A stretch of 64,000 nt of DNA from Octopus sinensis (GCF_006345805.1 NC_043021.1:186001-250000); one strand, 5' to 3'; positions 37,813 to 51,912 are shown, counted from the stretch's first letter. The notes: generated from the letters alone by a model not told the origin. Numbers and translations are program-made.

Positions 37813-40800
37813 TTTAAGTCGTCGGTCCAACGCCTCCACTTGAATAAGCCACCTGACCAACATCCTTTCCTCCCCCACTCCCCATACACACGCGCATCAG
37901 TAAACTAACAATTCGATCCCCCCATCGACACCCCAGAGAACCTTACTCACATAAATACCAAGAAATTAAATAAATGCTTACCTGCTCTTCAATCGATAAT
38001 CAAACATTTCCATTGTTCTAGATTGTTCGATCTCTTGCAGTAACACACTCAAGTATGATGCTATACATCCTGTGTCATGTCATGTAATGATGTGTGTGCG
38101 TGTGTGTGTCTGTGTGTGTCTGTGTCTCTGTGTGTCTGTGTGTGTGTGCGAGTGACACTGTATGGTTCCCTACCTTACATCGATGTCAACCGCTAGTGCG
38201 CCAGGTCTAGTTTACTAATGCGGTTTATTCTGTGTTAATTTGTACAATTGATACATATCCCGTGATATTGTATTTTCGCTTGTGTGTGTATGTGTGAGAA
38301 TATGTTTATTCCTGTGGATATGTGTGACTGAATGTGTACGTGTGTATGTGTATGTGTGGGTCTGGATACTTTGTGTGTGTGTGTGTGTGTTACACTGAAT
38401 TCTCCGAGTAAATATTAAGTGCAGCTGCCGTATATTCTGTAAATATGTCTTGTGACTGTGTATTTTGTGTGTCTTACGTATTCTGTGTCACTGAAGTTCT
38501 CTTGACGCTGAATAGTCTTTGCTTTAACCCGTATAGTTTGTCACAGGATATTCAGTTTCCTTTCCATTTGTAGTAGCATTTATCTTCTTTGTATTACAGT
38601 GACATTGTCATTGCTACTGTTGCAGTGGTTGTTGTTGTATTTCTTGTTGTTACTCTTTATTATTCCTTACAGTAGATCTTCTTGTTTTGTTGTACTTTTT
38701 TATTATTTTTCCGTTGTCTATCGTTGTTTGTTACTGTTGTTGTTGTTGTTGGTTGTGGTGGTGGTGACTTTGAAGGTGTTGATGATGGCTTACATACTTC
38801 CAATGACGTTGATATTTGTGTTCGAGCAGTTGTTGTTGTTGTTTTTACTCTTCCTGTGTATATAAAACTGCTCTTATTGTCGCCAGTTTTGTTGTTGCGG
38901 TTATTTCTGTTGTTCTTCTTGTTCTTCTTGTTCTTGTCTGTTACTCATTTCTGGAAGCTAGATACAAAAGAAAATAAATAAACATTAGATGAAAAAACAA
39001 TAAATAAAAGCTGAATATTGAATGGTTGCAAATAAATTTAGATGCATATTACAACACGAGCGCTTAACCTACAAGATAGAGCAGTCAAATTCCCACAAAT
39101 CACACTGTATGTATAAACGGCAAGATGGTCAAGGCTGGAGAGCCTTTAACTATAAATGTGGTCCCGAGGGGTTGTTGAACTTAGAGTCAGGCAAGATCAA
39201 ATATTAATATCTAGAAACACAACGACCTGTACAAAACGTATTTGTATTGCTGACAGTTAAAGAACCAATCAGAACACATTTACTCCACCAACGAACCAAC
39301 CAGAAGCCAATGAACCGAGCTTTTACCACTGAACCAATGAGAACACATTGTCAATTCTCACCAAAAGAACCAATGTCAACAACCATCATTATCATCATCA
39401 TTACAAACCGCAGCGCAACTCTCATTGTCACCATTATTTTCATTATCATCATCATCATCATCATCATCATCGTCATCGTCATCGTCATCGTCATCATCGT
39501 CGTCATCATCGTCATCGTCATCATCATTATCGTCGTCGTCGTCACATTCCCCCAAATTACCTCCCCTTTCTCTCTCTGTAAAGATTCTCATAAACAATGA
39601 CAGTTGACAATCTCAGAGGTTGGATACATCGGTAAAGAGTCAAGAGTGTATAAATTGTCACGAGTTCAAATCGCCACCCTGGTAGCTTTCTCTTTCCTTT
39701 ATTTTTGTGTGAGTCTACCTCCTTTCTTCGAAGGTAACTGGCCATTGAGATTGGATTCCGGCCTTATTTTTTATTACGGCTTTAAACATTCCGACCCGGC
39801 CTCCACCCGCTCCACACACACCCCTCCTCACATTCGTACGTGCATGAGTGTATTTGTGTACTGTGGTTGTTTGGCCCCACGACTGTTCATAGACAGTCCA
39901 TATAATTACATACGAAACCTCAGCCACCAATGGGTCTATTTTCTGAAACGATAGCGTTTGATTTGAGGGGTTTTCGTTGAGAATTTTAGCGCAATGAACG
40001 ACCACGTGTAGGCTACTCGAGTGTTTATGTGTGAGGGGGAGGCAAAGAGAGAAAGAAAGAAAGAAAAAACAAATGAGTCATCGAAGGTGAGGAAACGTGC
40101 AGATATAATGAGCGAGTAAGTGAGAGAGTGAGTGAGTGAGAGAGTGGATGATCAAGCGAATGAGTGAATGAATGAGTGAGTGATAGAGTGAGTGACAGAG
40201 TGAGAAAATGAATGATCAAGCAAGTGGGTGAATGAGTGAGGGTGAATGATCAAGCGTGTGAGAGAGTGAATGATCAAGCAAGTGAGTGTATGAGTGAGTG
40301 AGAGAATGAGTGGGAGAGTGAGTGAGTGAGTGAGAGTGAATGATCAAGCGAGTGAATGAGTGAATGAGTGAATGAGTGAATGAATGAGTGAGTGAGTGAG
40401 TGAGTGAGTGAGTGAGTGAGTGAGTGAGTGAGTGAGTGAGTGAGTGAGTGAGTGAGTGAGAGAGTGAGTGAAGAGTAGGTGAATGAGCGAACGAGTGAAC
40501 AGAAAGGTAGTAGAGAATTAAGAGTGAAGAGTGGGAAGTAATAGGGAGCGTGTGAGAGAGTGAGCGAACGAGTGAAGGAAAGAGGCTGCTGAAGGAGTTG
40601 AACGAGGGGTGAAGGAAAGAGGCTGCTGAAGGAGTTGAAGCGTTGACAGTTGAAGAGATTTGGTCGATGGACGTGACACGAGGACAGGCAGACGACGAAG
40701 AAATAAAAAAAATAAGATCGCTCAGAAAAATAAATTAGTTTTGAATCAAAGGTTAAGCAGAGAGGTTAAATAGGATGTTAGTTATTCGACAAGTTTAGCA

Positions 40801-40920
40801 AAATATAAATTATGTCGGATAAACAAATTATCCAACATCAATATTCTGCGGTGTGAGGGGATGGATGTGTGCATATATGTGTCTGCACACATATATTCAA
40901 GTATATACATACATACATGC

Positions 40921-40964
<44 letters not shown>

Positions 40965-42457
40965 TATATATATATACATATATACACACATATATACACA
41001 CATATATACACACATATATACATGCATAAGTGCGTGTGTTTATGTATACATGTGTATCTATATATGTCTGTGCGTATGCATGTATATATTCATATATACA
41101 CACATATATATGCGTGTGCATGTGTGTACAAAAGAATGTATGCAATATCTGTGTACATATATGCATATATAGACATATGTGTGTATGCATATATAAATAT
41201 GTATAGACATAGATTTACACAAACACACACATATATGCACACGTATGTACTTATATGTATGCATACAAAAACCGCAGACACATATATGATGCAGACCAAA
41301 ATAAATAAAAGGAAAAATGAAGTCTTAGCATAAAGATATATATATATATACACATATATACTTACACACAAACACACACACACACTCACACACACATACA
41401 CACATACCCACACATACACATGAAGTGTCCGACTCAGTAAAATCTCCAGACACAAAGCTTTATCATACGGATTTAAACATGAAGGTCGACCAACATTTTT
41501 GCGGATTAAATATTTTCCTAGACTTTTGCCTCAAAACGCATTTCTCAAAGTCTTTAAAAAAAATGAACCAGATTGAGATCCATTGTGGGTAGAGTTGTGT
41601 AGTTTAATAGATTTCTATTAAAAGGGGGAAAACAGGATTCTTATAAAGTTTCTGCAAATATTGGTGCACTCAGAATATATTGGGGCGAGTGTATTTGATG
41701 AGATATTCAGGTTGACCGCCATTGACGTGTGTGTGAGATAAAGCTTGTCGTGGTATGTCTTAGTATGTCAGACAGTCTGGAGAAATAAGACACGTGCGTG
41801 TGAGTGTGGGTGTGTGAGAGAGAGAGAGAGAGAATATGTGTGTGTGTGTGAGTGGGAGCAAGAGAGAGAGAGAGAGAGAGAGAGTGTGTGTGTGTGTGTG
41901 TGCATGTGTGTGTGTGTGCGTGCGTGTGTGTGTGTGTGTGTCGCGATTTTGCTTCAGCCTGCTTACATACTAAAAAAGGCTCCGAACATGAGTTCATCAA
42001 ACTAGCCTGTTATCATTTCTTGATAAATGTGTGACCCTGCGCCGCCTGGCGTCCGGTTGTGTGAGGTACGTTGCCCTGTCGGCCCGACAAGCCAAAGTTG
42101 AGGGAGACGCATCGTAACTGGTGGGGAGTAACAACACGCCTCAGTCTGGTCGATTGCGCGTGTGGGCATGTGCGCGTGTGTGTGTGTTTGTGCGTGGAAA
42201 AGTTTGAGGAATTGATTCTCGAAAACTGTAGTCATTAAAGAAATGTTTTAAAGAATTAAACTGTCAACGTTGATTGTATGGAATCAGACTATTTTACCAT
42301 TTTATGTCTTAGAGAAATCATGTCTTTTTGCCCCAGCCATTTTTGATGGGTCATCAAATATATATGTATGTATATCATATAAGTGCGTGTGTGTGTGTGT
42401 ATACTTATATACATGTGTATGTATGTATGTGTGCGCGTATTTGTGTAATAGATAGAT

Positions 42458-42544
<87 letters not shown>

Positions 42545-42672
42545 CACACAGACAGACAAACAGACGGACGGACGGACGGACGGACGGACGGACGGACGGA
42601 TGGACGGACGGAAGGATGGACGGAAGGATGGACGGACGGATGGACGGGTGGGCGGACGAATAAACAGACATG

Positions 42673-42732
<60 letters not shown>

Positions 42733-43285
42733 CACACAGAAGACAAACAGACGGACGGACGGACGGACGGACGGACGATGGACGGACGGAAGGATGGACG
42801 GAAGGATGGACGGACGGATGACGGGGGGCGACGAATAACTACATGTAGATAGATATGTTTCTTTATTAGCCACACAGGGCTGCACACAGATAGAACAAAT
42901 TAAAGGTAGAGCTTTTCTTTTGAAGGTTTAAAAAAAATAAAATAAAAAATAAAAAAAAAAAAAAAATAAGAAAAAAATAAAATAAAATAAAAATAAAATA
43001 AAAAAGGGGGGTCGATCAAAAGGGATCGTAAAAGGAGAGAAAGAGGACAAAAAAAAAAGGGGGGGGTTAAAAAAAAGGGGGAGAGGAAAAAAAATTGATC
43101 AATAGGGATCGTTATCACAGAAATGTCAATATGAAGTGTAAAGGGGGGGACAGGTGAGGTTTACCCGTGGAAAGAAAAGCCTACGGAAAAGACCACGGTA
43201 ACCTCGGTCAATGAAGTCACATGTTATATTTCTTTTTTTTTTTTTTTTTTGCAAATAAGCAACTCTCTGTATTAATTTTTACGGT

Positions 43286-46200
43286 TCATAGAATCATAGT
43301 CAAGGTGGCTTCGTCATTCATACGTGCCATTCTTGCTACATTCACCCATCTTTTTTTAAAACATTCACTAGACAAAACTTGCCTCTCTACTCTCACTTTT
43401 TTCTTCAAGTGATACTTGAAGAAGTTGATGAGAGATTGACCAGAGAGGAAAGTGTTTGTCTCTAATCCTTTCAGACGCGTCCACCAGATACATTCTTTCG
43501 CCATAGCCACAAGTATGATAAAAATAGCTCTTCCTTCCCGTTTGAAGGAAGGAGGCGTGACGATATTAACGATAGACTCGGCTGATAAACCGACACGTCC
43601 CACACGTGACAGCAGTCGTTCGACATAAGCCCACAGGTGGGAAATTGCTGGACACTGCACGATTGCGTGCAGAGCGGTTTCGTCGCTCTGCCCGCATCTC
43701 GGGCAGGTCGGCCCCGTGTTTCTCGAGCCATGCCTATAGAGCTTATCCCGAACGGGTAGCGCTTCTCGGTAGCACCGCCAGGCCAGGGATCTCTGGAAGT
43801 TGTCCATAGGTCCCGGGCCGAAAGTCGTTTGAAACAGGCGGGTCAGGTATTCCTCGTCGACGCCCAGGTTTGCCCCGAGCTCGTCGTCGTACCTCCCCTC
43901 CACTAATCCCCTATAGAATGCTTTGGTTGTGTTGAAGTCACTCAAGGTCGACCCGGGACGGCAGAGTTGCTTGAGAGCAACGCGACACTCGCGGTGCCAT
44001 TCGCCCTTCTTCGGCCTCTTTTTGATCCACGACTGTAGTTCGGTCATGGAGACGAGTTGCGGGAATGCGTGCCTCACAAACGGCGACCACACCTGTTCAC
44101 CGTCGTCTACATAGAGCCGGAGATGTCGCAGTCTCAGCGCGTGTCTGCGCATCATCAACCACGGCATGCCCAGCCCTCCTTTTAACGGGTGTTGACAGCA
44201 AATGGATCGCCTGACCATCGGGACGCATCCTTTCCACAAGAAGCGGAAGAGGATGCGTTCTAGTTTGGTGATGGTAGGGTCGGGACAAGGTACGACGGTC
44301 AGGCGGTAGTAGATGATGGACGCGATGTACGCGTTCACCACCTCCGCCCGACCTTTTAGGGACAGTTTCCTCTCGGCCCATTGCTGGGCGAGAGTGACCA
44401 CCCTACTCGTTATCTCGTTCCAGTTCTTCTCCATTTGGAGGTCCGGACCGAACCAGACCCCGAGCAACTCAACCGGGCCGTCTGTCCAGCGTCCCACGAC
44501 GGAGGTACTGGTGGACGGCATGGGTTTGCTTCTCCAGGTGCCGAGCCGCAAGCCCACTGACTTTTCCCGGTTGATTTTTGCTCCTGTCACCGCTTCGTAG
44601 TCTTTCAGTGTCTCGCCGACCCGCTCGATGTGCTCGTGGCTTGACACTATGACGGTGACGTCGTCCGCGTATGCAGACACGCTCGTCCCGCATCCTAATT
44701 CTCGCGGGATGCCCCTCAGAGTCGCCAGCTTCCGCAGTAGTGGCTCAAGAGTCAATACGTATAGAAGCGCCGAGAGGGGGCATCCCTGACGGACCGAACG
44801 TGCAATGTCCATTTACGCGAATTACCGAAAGGATGCCTCTGTACAAGGCAGCTATCCAGCCGCGGAAGACGGGACCGAAACCAGCCGCTCTCAGGACTGC
44901 CTCCAAGTATCGATGGTCTACCCTATCAAAGGCTTTCGATTGATCCAAGTTGATCAGGGCCCCACCCATGCCAGGTTCGTTAACTACCCTGTCTATGATG
45001 TAGCGCATCAGATGGAGGTTGTCATGGATGCTCCGGCCCGGCACGGCGCACGTTTGTGCGTTGTCGACCAGTTTCTCCATCATGACAAGCGCCAACCTCT
45101 TGGCTAACACCTTTGTCAAAATTTTCAGGTCTGCATTGAGCAGAGTGATTGGCCTAAAGTTATCTATAATGTTTCCCTTGTTTGGATCTTTCTTCAGCAG
45201 AGTTACAGCTCCTCGACTCACAAAACCGGGTATGCTCCCGTTTTGCTGCCAGTTGCAGTATACCGCTGCCAAGACGTCTCCAAACAAGTCTGGCATACAA
45301 TAGTAAAATTCGTAGGGTAGACCATCCAAACCCGGTGATTTGTCCCTCGAGCATTCTGCCATCGCTTCCCGCACTTCCGCCGCCGTGATGGCACCTTCGC
45401 AGCACCCTGCCTTTCTTGTCGAGAGTCGTGGCAGGCTATGTAGGTAGGCACTGAAGTCTACCCTACGTTCTTGCCCTCCACTCGTCCCGAACAGTCGGGC
45501 AAAATGCTGCTGAAAGGCCTCACACATTTTACTTGGCTCGAGCAATTCGCGCCCCTGTTCATCTACCAGTGACCGAATGGTGGCTTTGTTGCCCTGTTGC
45601 GCCTCTGCCACCCGGCCTCTCTCGCGGCTCCAACACCTTCGTTCCTTAGAGCACGCATCCTAGCTCTGACAGCACATCCTTCGTGTTTGGCGTTGAAGTG
45701 TTGGTCGAGGGCCAACCTCGCCGCCAAAACGTCGGATGCGATGCCGCTTCTAATTGCCTCTTCTAGCTTCTTAACTAGCTCACCCTCTACTCTATTTCTA
45801 TCTATGGCTAGTGCTTTGCTGTACCTAATCGCTTCTGCTTTTACTGCTCTCTTGAGGGCAACCACCATTTGTTGTTGATGATGGCTCCCGTCAAAGCCCT
45901 CTTTACTAGTGTGCTAATCCGGTCTCTGAAAACTTGTCTGGACGGGAATGATGCGTTCAGTTTCCAGTACCCAGGACCCTGTCTATGTGCCTTATCTAAG
46001 TCTAGCGTACACGTCACCAATTTGTGATCCGTGTAGCTGACTGTGTGGAATGTGGACATCCTAAGTTATCCTTGTCTACTGTCCTACACAGTATCCTATC
46101 TAGATACGATCTCGACGACCCACTGCGGTTGCTCCATGTCCACGTTGGTGCATTTGGGTGGTCGAGTCGGTACCTGTCAGACAGTTGGAATCGTCTGAGC

Positions 46201-46702
46201 AGGTCTCTGAGGCATTTGCATCCCCTTCTGTTTCTGTCTCTACCCACGTAGTCTACATGCGTGTCCAAGGTAGCATTCCAATCCCCCACTAAGAGTAAAG
46301 GACGAGACGTTCCAAGAATACTTCTAGACGTCGAAAGAAATCCGCCCGACCTGTTAAGGGCGGTGCGTAGACTGATACGAGTCGAAAAGCGCACCCATTG
46401 CTGCCGTCAACATCCAGAACGATCAGTCTACCCTCCGGGTCTACGAATATCGTCTTGACTTCGAGATCCAGGCTCTTGTGAAAAAGTACCGCGGTGCCAC
46501 TACCGCCCATCCTCGGCAGACAGGGAGCGAAATAAATGTTAAACTGTCCGCCAAACATGGACTTTAGGGCCCGTGGCTCGTGGAGTCTGGTCTCACTTAT
46601 GGCTATGATTCCCAAATCATGTGACTTGATGTCATTTAGGAGGTATCCTTGTTTCCAAGGAGACCCCAAGCCACGCGCATTCACACAACCAATCTTGACC
46701 AT
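43286..46702 (-). CDS. Tx1 ORF2 (APE endonuclease - RT - Cys zinc finger), five frameshifts
   Basis: CVNARGL, ISETRL, VYAP, LVGDWN, TDHKLV, YWKLNAS, KSPGLDGLPYEFY, FRPITLLNADLKI, DQSKAFDRVDH, RQGCPLS, YADD, CPRC..E..LHAIVQC. Confidence 0.93.
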
Positions 46703-46749
46703 GATTCTATTGGGGTGTGTGCTTTAAAACACACAAATGAAAGTACAGA

Positions 46750-48857
46750 GAGTTACTTACTTGTGTCGAAAGTTTTGGCTTCCTCGTTCTTTGATGTGTC
46801 TTCGAGGAGGTTTCTATATAGTTTTTGGGACAGATATTTCTGGAAACCCCCTACAGCATTTGGGAGAGGGCTTTGAGTTTGTGGTGTTGTGTTTGTGTGA
46901 TGTGTAGTATTTTGATGTGTTTGGGTGGTGTAGTGCGTGGATGATTGCTATTTTTAAAGTCATCTTCACAATGTTTGTGTATCCTGTGATGTACTCCATT
47001 AGTTTGGAGTCTTTTGTGTCTATCGCTGATAGCATTGTTTTTGTGGTGTTGGTGCTTGTTTTGTTGTGTATGGAGTTTTCAGGGTTCAGGTATCTCCCTG
47101 CTTTGGTTGCGATTTCTGTTTGGTTTTTCTTGATCTTTTTCTTTTACCCCCTGTGGCTATTTGCCATTCTGTCGAACTTTCATCGTTAGATGAAAAGTCT
47201 GACGAATCAGCAGGGGGCAAGGGTAAAGCGTCTGGGTGTGTTTGTGCGGTTGTAGATATTGTTGTGGTGCGCGGGGAGGGTGTTGCTGGGGGGTTTGTTG
47301 TGGTTATTGTCTCTCCTACATCCTTGGTGCTTGTCTTCTTCTTGTTGTTATTCTTGTGTTTTGGAATTGGTTTATTTGTTGTTGGTGGTGATGATTCTGT
47401 TCTTGGCGCTGGTGTTGGTGTTGTTTGGTTGGGTTGGTTTGTTCTTTGTTGTTTTTCCTGCATTTCCGCATACAGCTTCTTGACTAGCTGTCCATATTGT
47501 GGTGTGGGCAATAATCCTGGCTTTTGTGATTTTTCCTGTGGCTGTTGTTGTTGTTGTAATTTTGCGGCAGATTTGCACTCCTTTTTGAGGTGTGCCTCAC
47601 TGCCACATGTATAGCATCGTGGCCTTCTGCCCTCGACTACTACGTATAACTTGCGGCCATCCTCAAGATGTACGTGGGTGGGGATTTTATTTATGTCCTC
47701 TTGACTTATGTGGAAGAGGAACTCTATTCTCTTTCCCAGCCAGTCCTTGTTTTCCGAAACACCGATATCTAGGATGTTTATGTCCTCCATTTCGGATGTT
47801 ACGGCGGATGTAATCCACAGTGTTGTAGTCACTTGGGGGACACCACTGATAATGACTTTCGTCACCTTCTGGCCGAGGTAACTCGGTGTCAACGTTAGTT
47901 CATCAGAATGAAGGGTTATCGTTGAGAATTTCTTCGCCAACTCTTCATTCTGAAAAACCACCTGTACGTGTGCGAACTTGTTCGCCCAAGTCACACAATC
48001 CTTGTATCCCCAGATGGGGCGTAAGCACTTTTCGACTTTGTCTGTGCTTGCCTTTTCTGGACTTTTGTTTTTTTATTTGATTTTATATACAATTGTCTTT
48101 TTTTTCTCCTCATTCAGTATGTGCTGAGGTATGTGTAAGAGTATTTTTCCGTTTTGATTTGTAATAAGGTTTCTGCAATCTTTAATCTGTTGTGTAGTAA
48201 ACGAAACTTTTGTTACCTTTTCTTTTATCGCCTCGGCGAAGTTTGTTGTTGTTTTGTTATTGTTGTTACTGTTGATGTTGATGGCAGGGTGTGGGTTGTA
48301 GGTTTGTGGTTGCTGATTATGCAACTAGCAAGGGGTGGAAAATTGCCTGCGTAATTTAGTCCTGCATTAGCGCAAATTTCGGCATTTCGTTTGCTTGTCG
48401 TCGTTATTTTTTCACTTGTTGGTGATGGAGTGAGCAGTGGTTGAAGGGAATTGTTGTTGTCGTCGTCGTCGTTGTTTTTTGTTGTTGTTGTTGTTGTTGT
48501 TATTGTCGTTCTTGGTGACGGCGGTGGTGTTAGTAGTATTAGTAGCATTGACGGCACGGTCTTTGGTGGCGGTGATGGTGATGTTGGTATTGTTATTGGT
48601 GGCGACGTCTTTAGTAGGGATAGCAGTTTTAGTAGCAGATTCTGCCATGGTGTTGTTGTCGGTGTTGGTGGTGGTGGTGGACTCACTGATGGTGTTGACG
48701 GTGCTTGGCCTTGCGACCTTTGTTTTGTATTTGTTGCTGTTGTCGATGTTGATGGTGGCGGAGTTGTCAGGTTCAGCGTAAGGTAACAGAGCATCCTGTT
48801 TTTCTGCCTCCCGTCACGGTTGACTTGCACCTCAGCCTCGTGGTGACCAGTGGCCAT
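46750..48857 (-). CDS. Tx1 ORF1 (gag-like, CCHC zinc knuckle), disrupted
   Basis: ORF 47086..47994 contains CYTCGSEAHLKKEC. ORF 48073..48324 is in the same frame across one TAA. The low-complexity N-terminus is frameshifted and its start (MATGHH, 48857) is inferred. Confidence 0.7.
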
Positions 48858-49078
48858 TTTGGAAATAAAATGGCTAAATGAAACCACGAAGGCTATGAGA
48901 ATTTTTTCTTTAAAATTTGCCCACAAGGGGCAAAATTTTGTGGAGATATTTATCAAAGGTTACAGTGGATGTTGTTGCACAACTTTTAAACACAAAATAT
49001 TTCACAATAAATAATTTTCAAAGTACAAAATGACCAACTTACGTGGAGCCCATTTGACTAGCGTCCGTCCGTCCGTCC

Positions 49079-49158
<80 letters not shown>

Positions 49159-49172
49159 TGATAGATAGATAT

Positions 49173-49249
<77 letters not shown>

Positions 49250-49717
49250 CGTATGCAAGGGGAACATGGCTACTCATGTACTTTAGAGTATATAACATAA
49301 TTCATTTAAGCACAAAATAGTTTTTCTCTGAAAGTGTTCAGTGATAATTTCCCAATTTATTCGCTAAATTAAAGTTATAAACATGTACATGTATGCATGT
49401 GCATGTATAATGTGTGTGTGTGCCTGTATAATGTGTGTATGTGCATGTATAATGTGTGTGTGTGCATGCATAATGTGTGTGTATGTAAAAACAGCAACAA
49501 CGCGAATATAGCAAACGTTATCTTTTTCCCCAAACAGAACTGCCATGTACATTCAGAGATTGGTCAATTTTGACAAACGTAGGGAAGAATATTGAATAGA
49601 AAAAGTGAAGCGTAAATGTTTTATTAGACACTAAGAGTTGTAAATCTAAGTGTCACGGTGTCAAGTGTTGAAGGGATTGCGTCACAGTATATCAGCGAGA
49701 ATATTAAAAAGAACTAT

Positions 49718-49817
49718 NNNNNNNNNNNNNNNNNNNNNNNNNNNNNNNNNNNNNNNNNNNNNNNNNNNNNNNNNNNNNNNNNNNNNNNNNNNNNNNNNNN
49801 NNNNNNNNNNNNNNNNN
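49718..49817. other. Assembly gap (100 N)
   Basis: Run of N. Confidence 1.
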
Positions 49818-50061
49818 GCCTGATTTATAACTTTCTTCGTTTATCAAACTTGGCCATCAAGTATAAATAATTGATTAAGAATTATGACTAAGAATAAGAA
49901 TAAGAAGAGTGCAGCCGGTCACTCGTGTATCTTAATAAACGACCCAACACTGAACACCTGAGACAAAACTCTGGAGAGGCTGTTTCTAAAATGGCGAACA
50001 CAGGCGCCATCTTCAAACAAAACACAGCATTTGCTTTGTTTCTCGACAGACACCATCTTCG

Positions 50062-50145
<84 letters not shown>

Positions 50146-50347
50146 GTGTACTGACATTATTATAGACTTGTAAATGATATATTTAATTCTACCGGAAAAT
50201 ATTTATATCTGATTTTTATTAAATCTTCCATATCTTGTCTAATAAATATTTTATAAAAATTCTATGTACTCCGTTATATGAATGGGTTGTATGTTTGGGT
50301 GCCGGTGAATATATGTGTGTGTGTATGCATGTATGTATATACATATA

Positions 50348-50407
<60 letters not shown>

Positions 50408-50425
50408 CATATACATATATATATA

Positions 50426-50462
<37 letters not shown>

Positions 50463-50464
50463 AC

Positions 50465-50499
<35 letters not shown>

Positions 50500-50582
50500 C
50501 ATATATGTGTATATATGATATACATGTATATATATATACTATATATACATATATGTATATATATATATATTATATATGTATA

Positions 50583-50648
<66 letters not shown>

Positions 50649-51077
50649 TATATATATATCTATGTATATATATATATACATCTATATTTATTGATATGTA
50701 TATATATGCATATATGATAAAACACGCTCTTTCTCTCTCCTATATGCAATAGTAAATTTTTAAATTACTGGGAGATAGGGAGAGACTGCCAGAGAGAGAA
50801 ACTACCATACACATTGCCGTATTTGGCTCTATAACAATCTATCGATATTTTTCTCTCTGTGTTTAATATTGTATATGTGTGTGTTTATGTTTATGTACAC
50901 TCACATACACTCATACACACACATACACACACGCGCGCACACACGCACACACGCACGCATACATACACAAACACACACAATGTGAAAATTGACAATGATT
51001 TTGAAATTTCGCCGGTCGTTGTTATAAAACTGCCAAAAAGAATGCTAAGTTTACCAATTAACAACAGCAGCAGTAGC

Positions 51078-51113
<36 letters not shown>

Positions 51114-51149
51114 TGTAGTAGTAGTAGTAGTAGTCACCTGCTGTCATAT

Positions 51150-51450
51150 TCTGCTGGAAGCTACACACTGAATATTGCCGACACATCGAAAAAGGTCGAT
51201 GAGCTGCTGGTTGCAGCAGTTACGATCTATAACAAGCAATCTTGTTGCGAATGCTATAAAGGCCGAGGCTGTGCTCTAGAATCGGTTGAGATGGAGTCGC
51301 AGAAGAGGACGCCCGAGTCTCCATTGTTGAGACATCATCAAATGAAAACGCCATGAATTGGATGTGGGGAAAGGTTCTGACTGCAAAGGCGCGGCAGATG
51401 GCTGCTACGGAGCACAAACAACAGAACGGTGGACGGCCATGAAGAACGGA
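51150..51450 (+). mobile_element. Possible RTE-type LINE 3' fragment
   Basis: ...NRLRWSRRRGRP...TTERWTAMK resembles RTE GKRRRGRP / RERWRAM; highly degenerate. Confidence 0.4.
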
Positions 51451-51754
51451 GTAAACGTTAGAGAAACAAATGAAAGAAATGCGATAGAGAGAGGGAGAGA
51501 GAGAGAGGAAAGGGCTTGAGCATTATCCATTCCATCAGGACCACGGACAGCATTTGGCAATACCTGCAGTGGGTCAGTCTATTTGGTCGACAGTCAAAGG
51601 AAAAGGCTAAACATTATCGATTAAATTCCTTGAAAAGGGTTTTAAAAATTCCTCCTTTGTTGCTACAAATTCATATTTGAATACCATTTATAGCCAAGAA
51701 CAGAATGGATTATGTGCGTGTTGCGTGTGTGTGTGTGAGTGTGTGTGTGTGAGT

Positions 51755-51792
<38 letters not shown>

Positions 51793-51912
51793 GTGTGCGT
51801 GTTTGTACAAAAGAAAGAAGGGAAATAATATAAATTGGAACGGGCAACGAGAAATATAACTGAATTTTTAAATTACTAGGAATGCATATACATATACATA
51901 CATACATACATG

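Larger units (their letters stand above)
42856..48900 (-). mobile_element. Near full-length Tx1/L1-clade non-LTR retrotransposon; 5' boundary uncertain (48.9-49.07 kb)
   Basis: ORF1-like region with CCHC knuckle, ORF2 EN-RT-zinc finger, and a ~430-nt 3'UTR ending aataaagaaaca-tatctatc. Confidence 0.9.
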
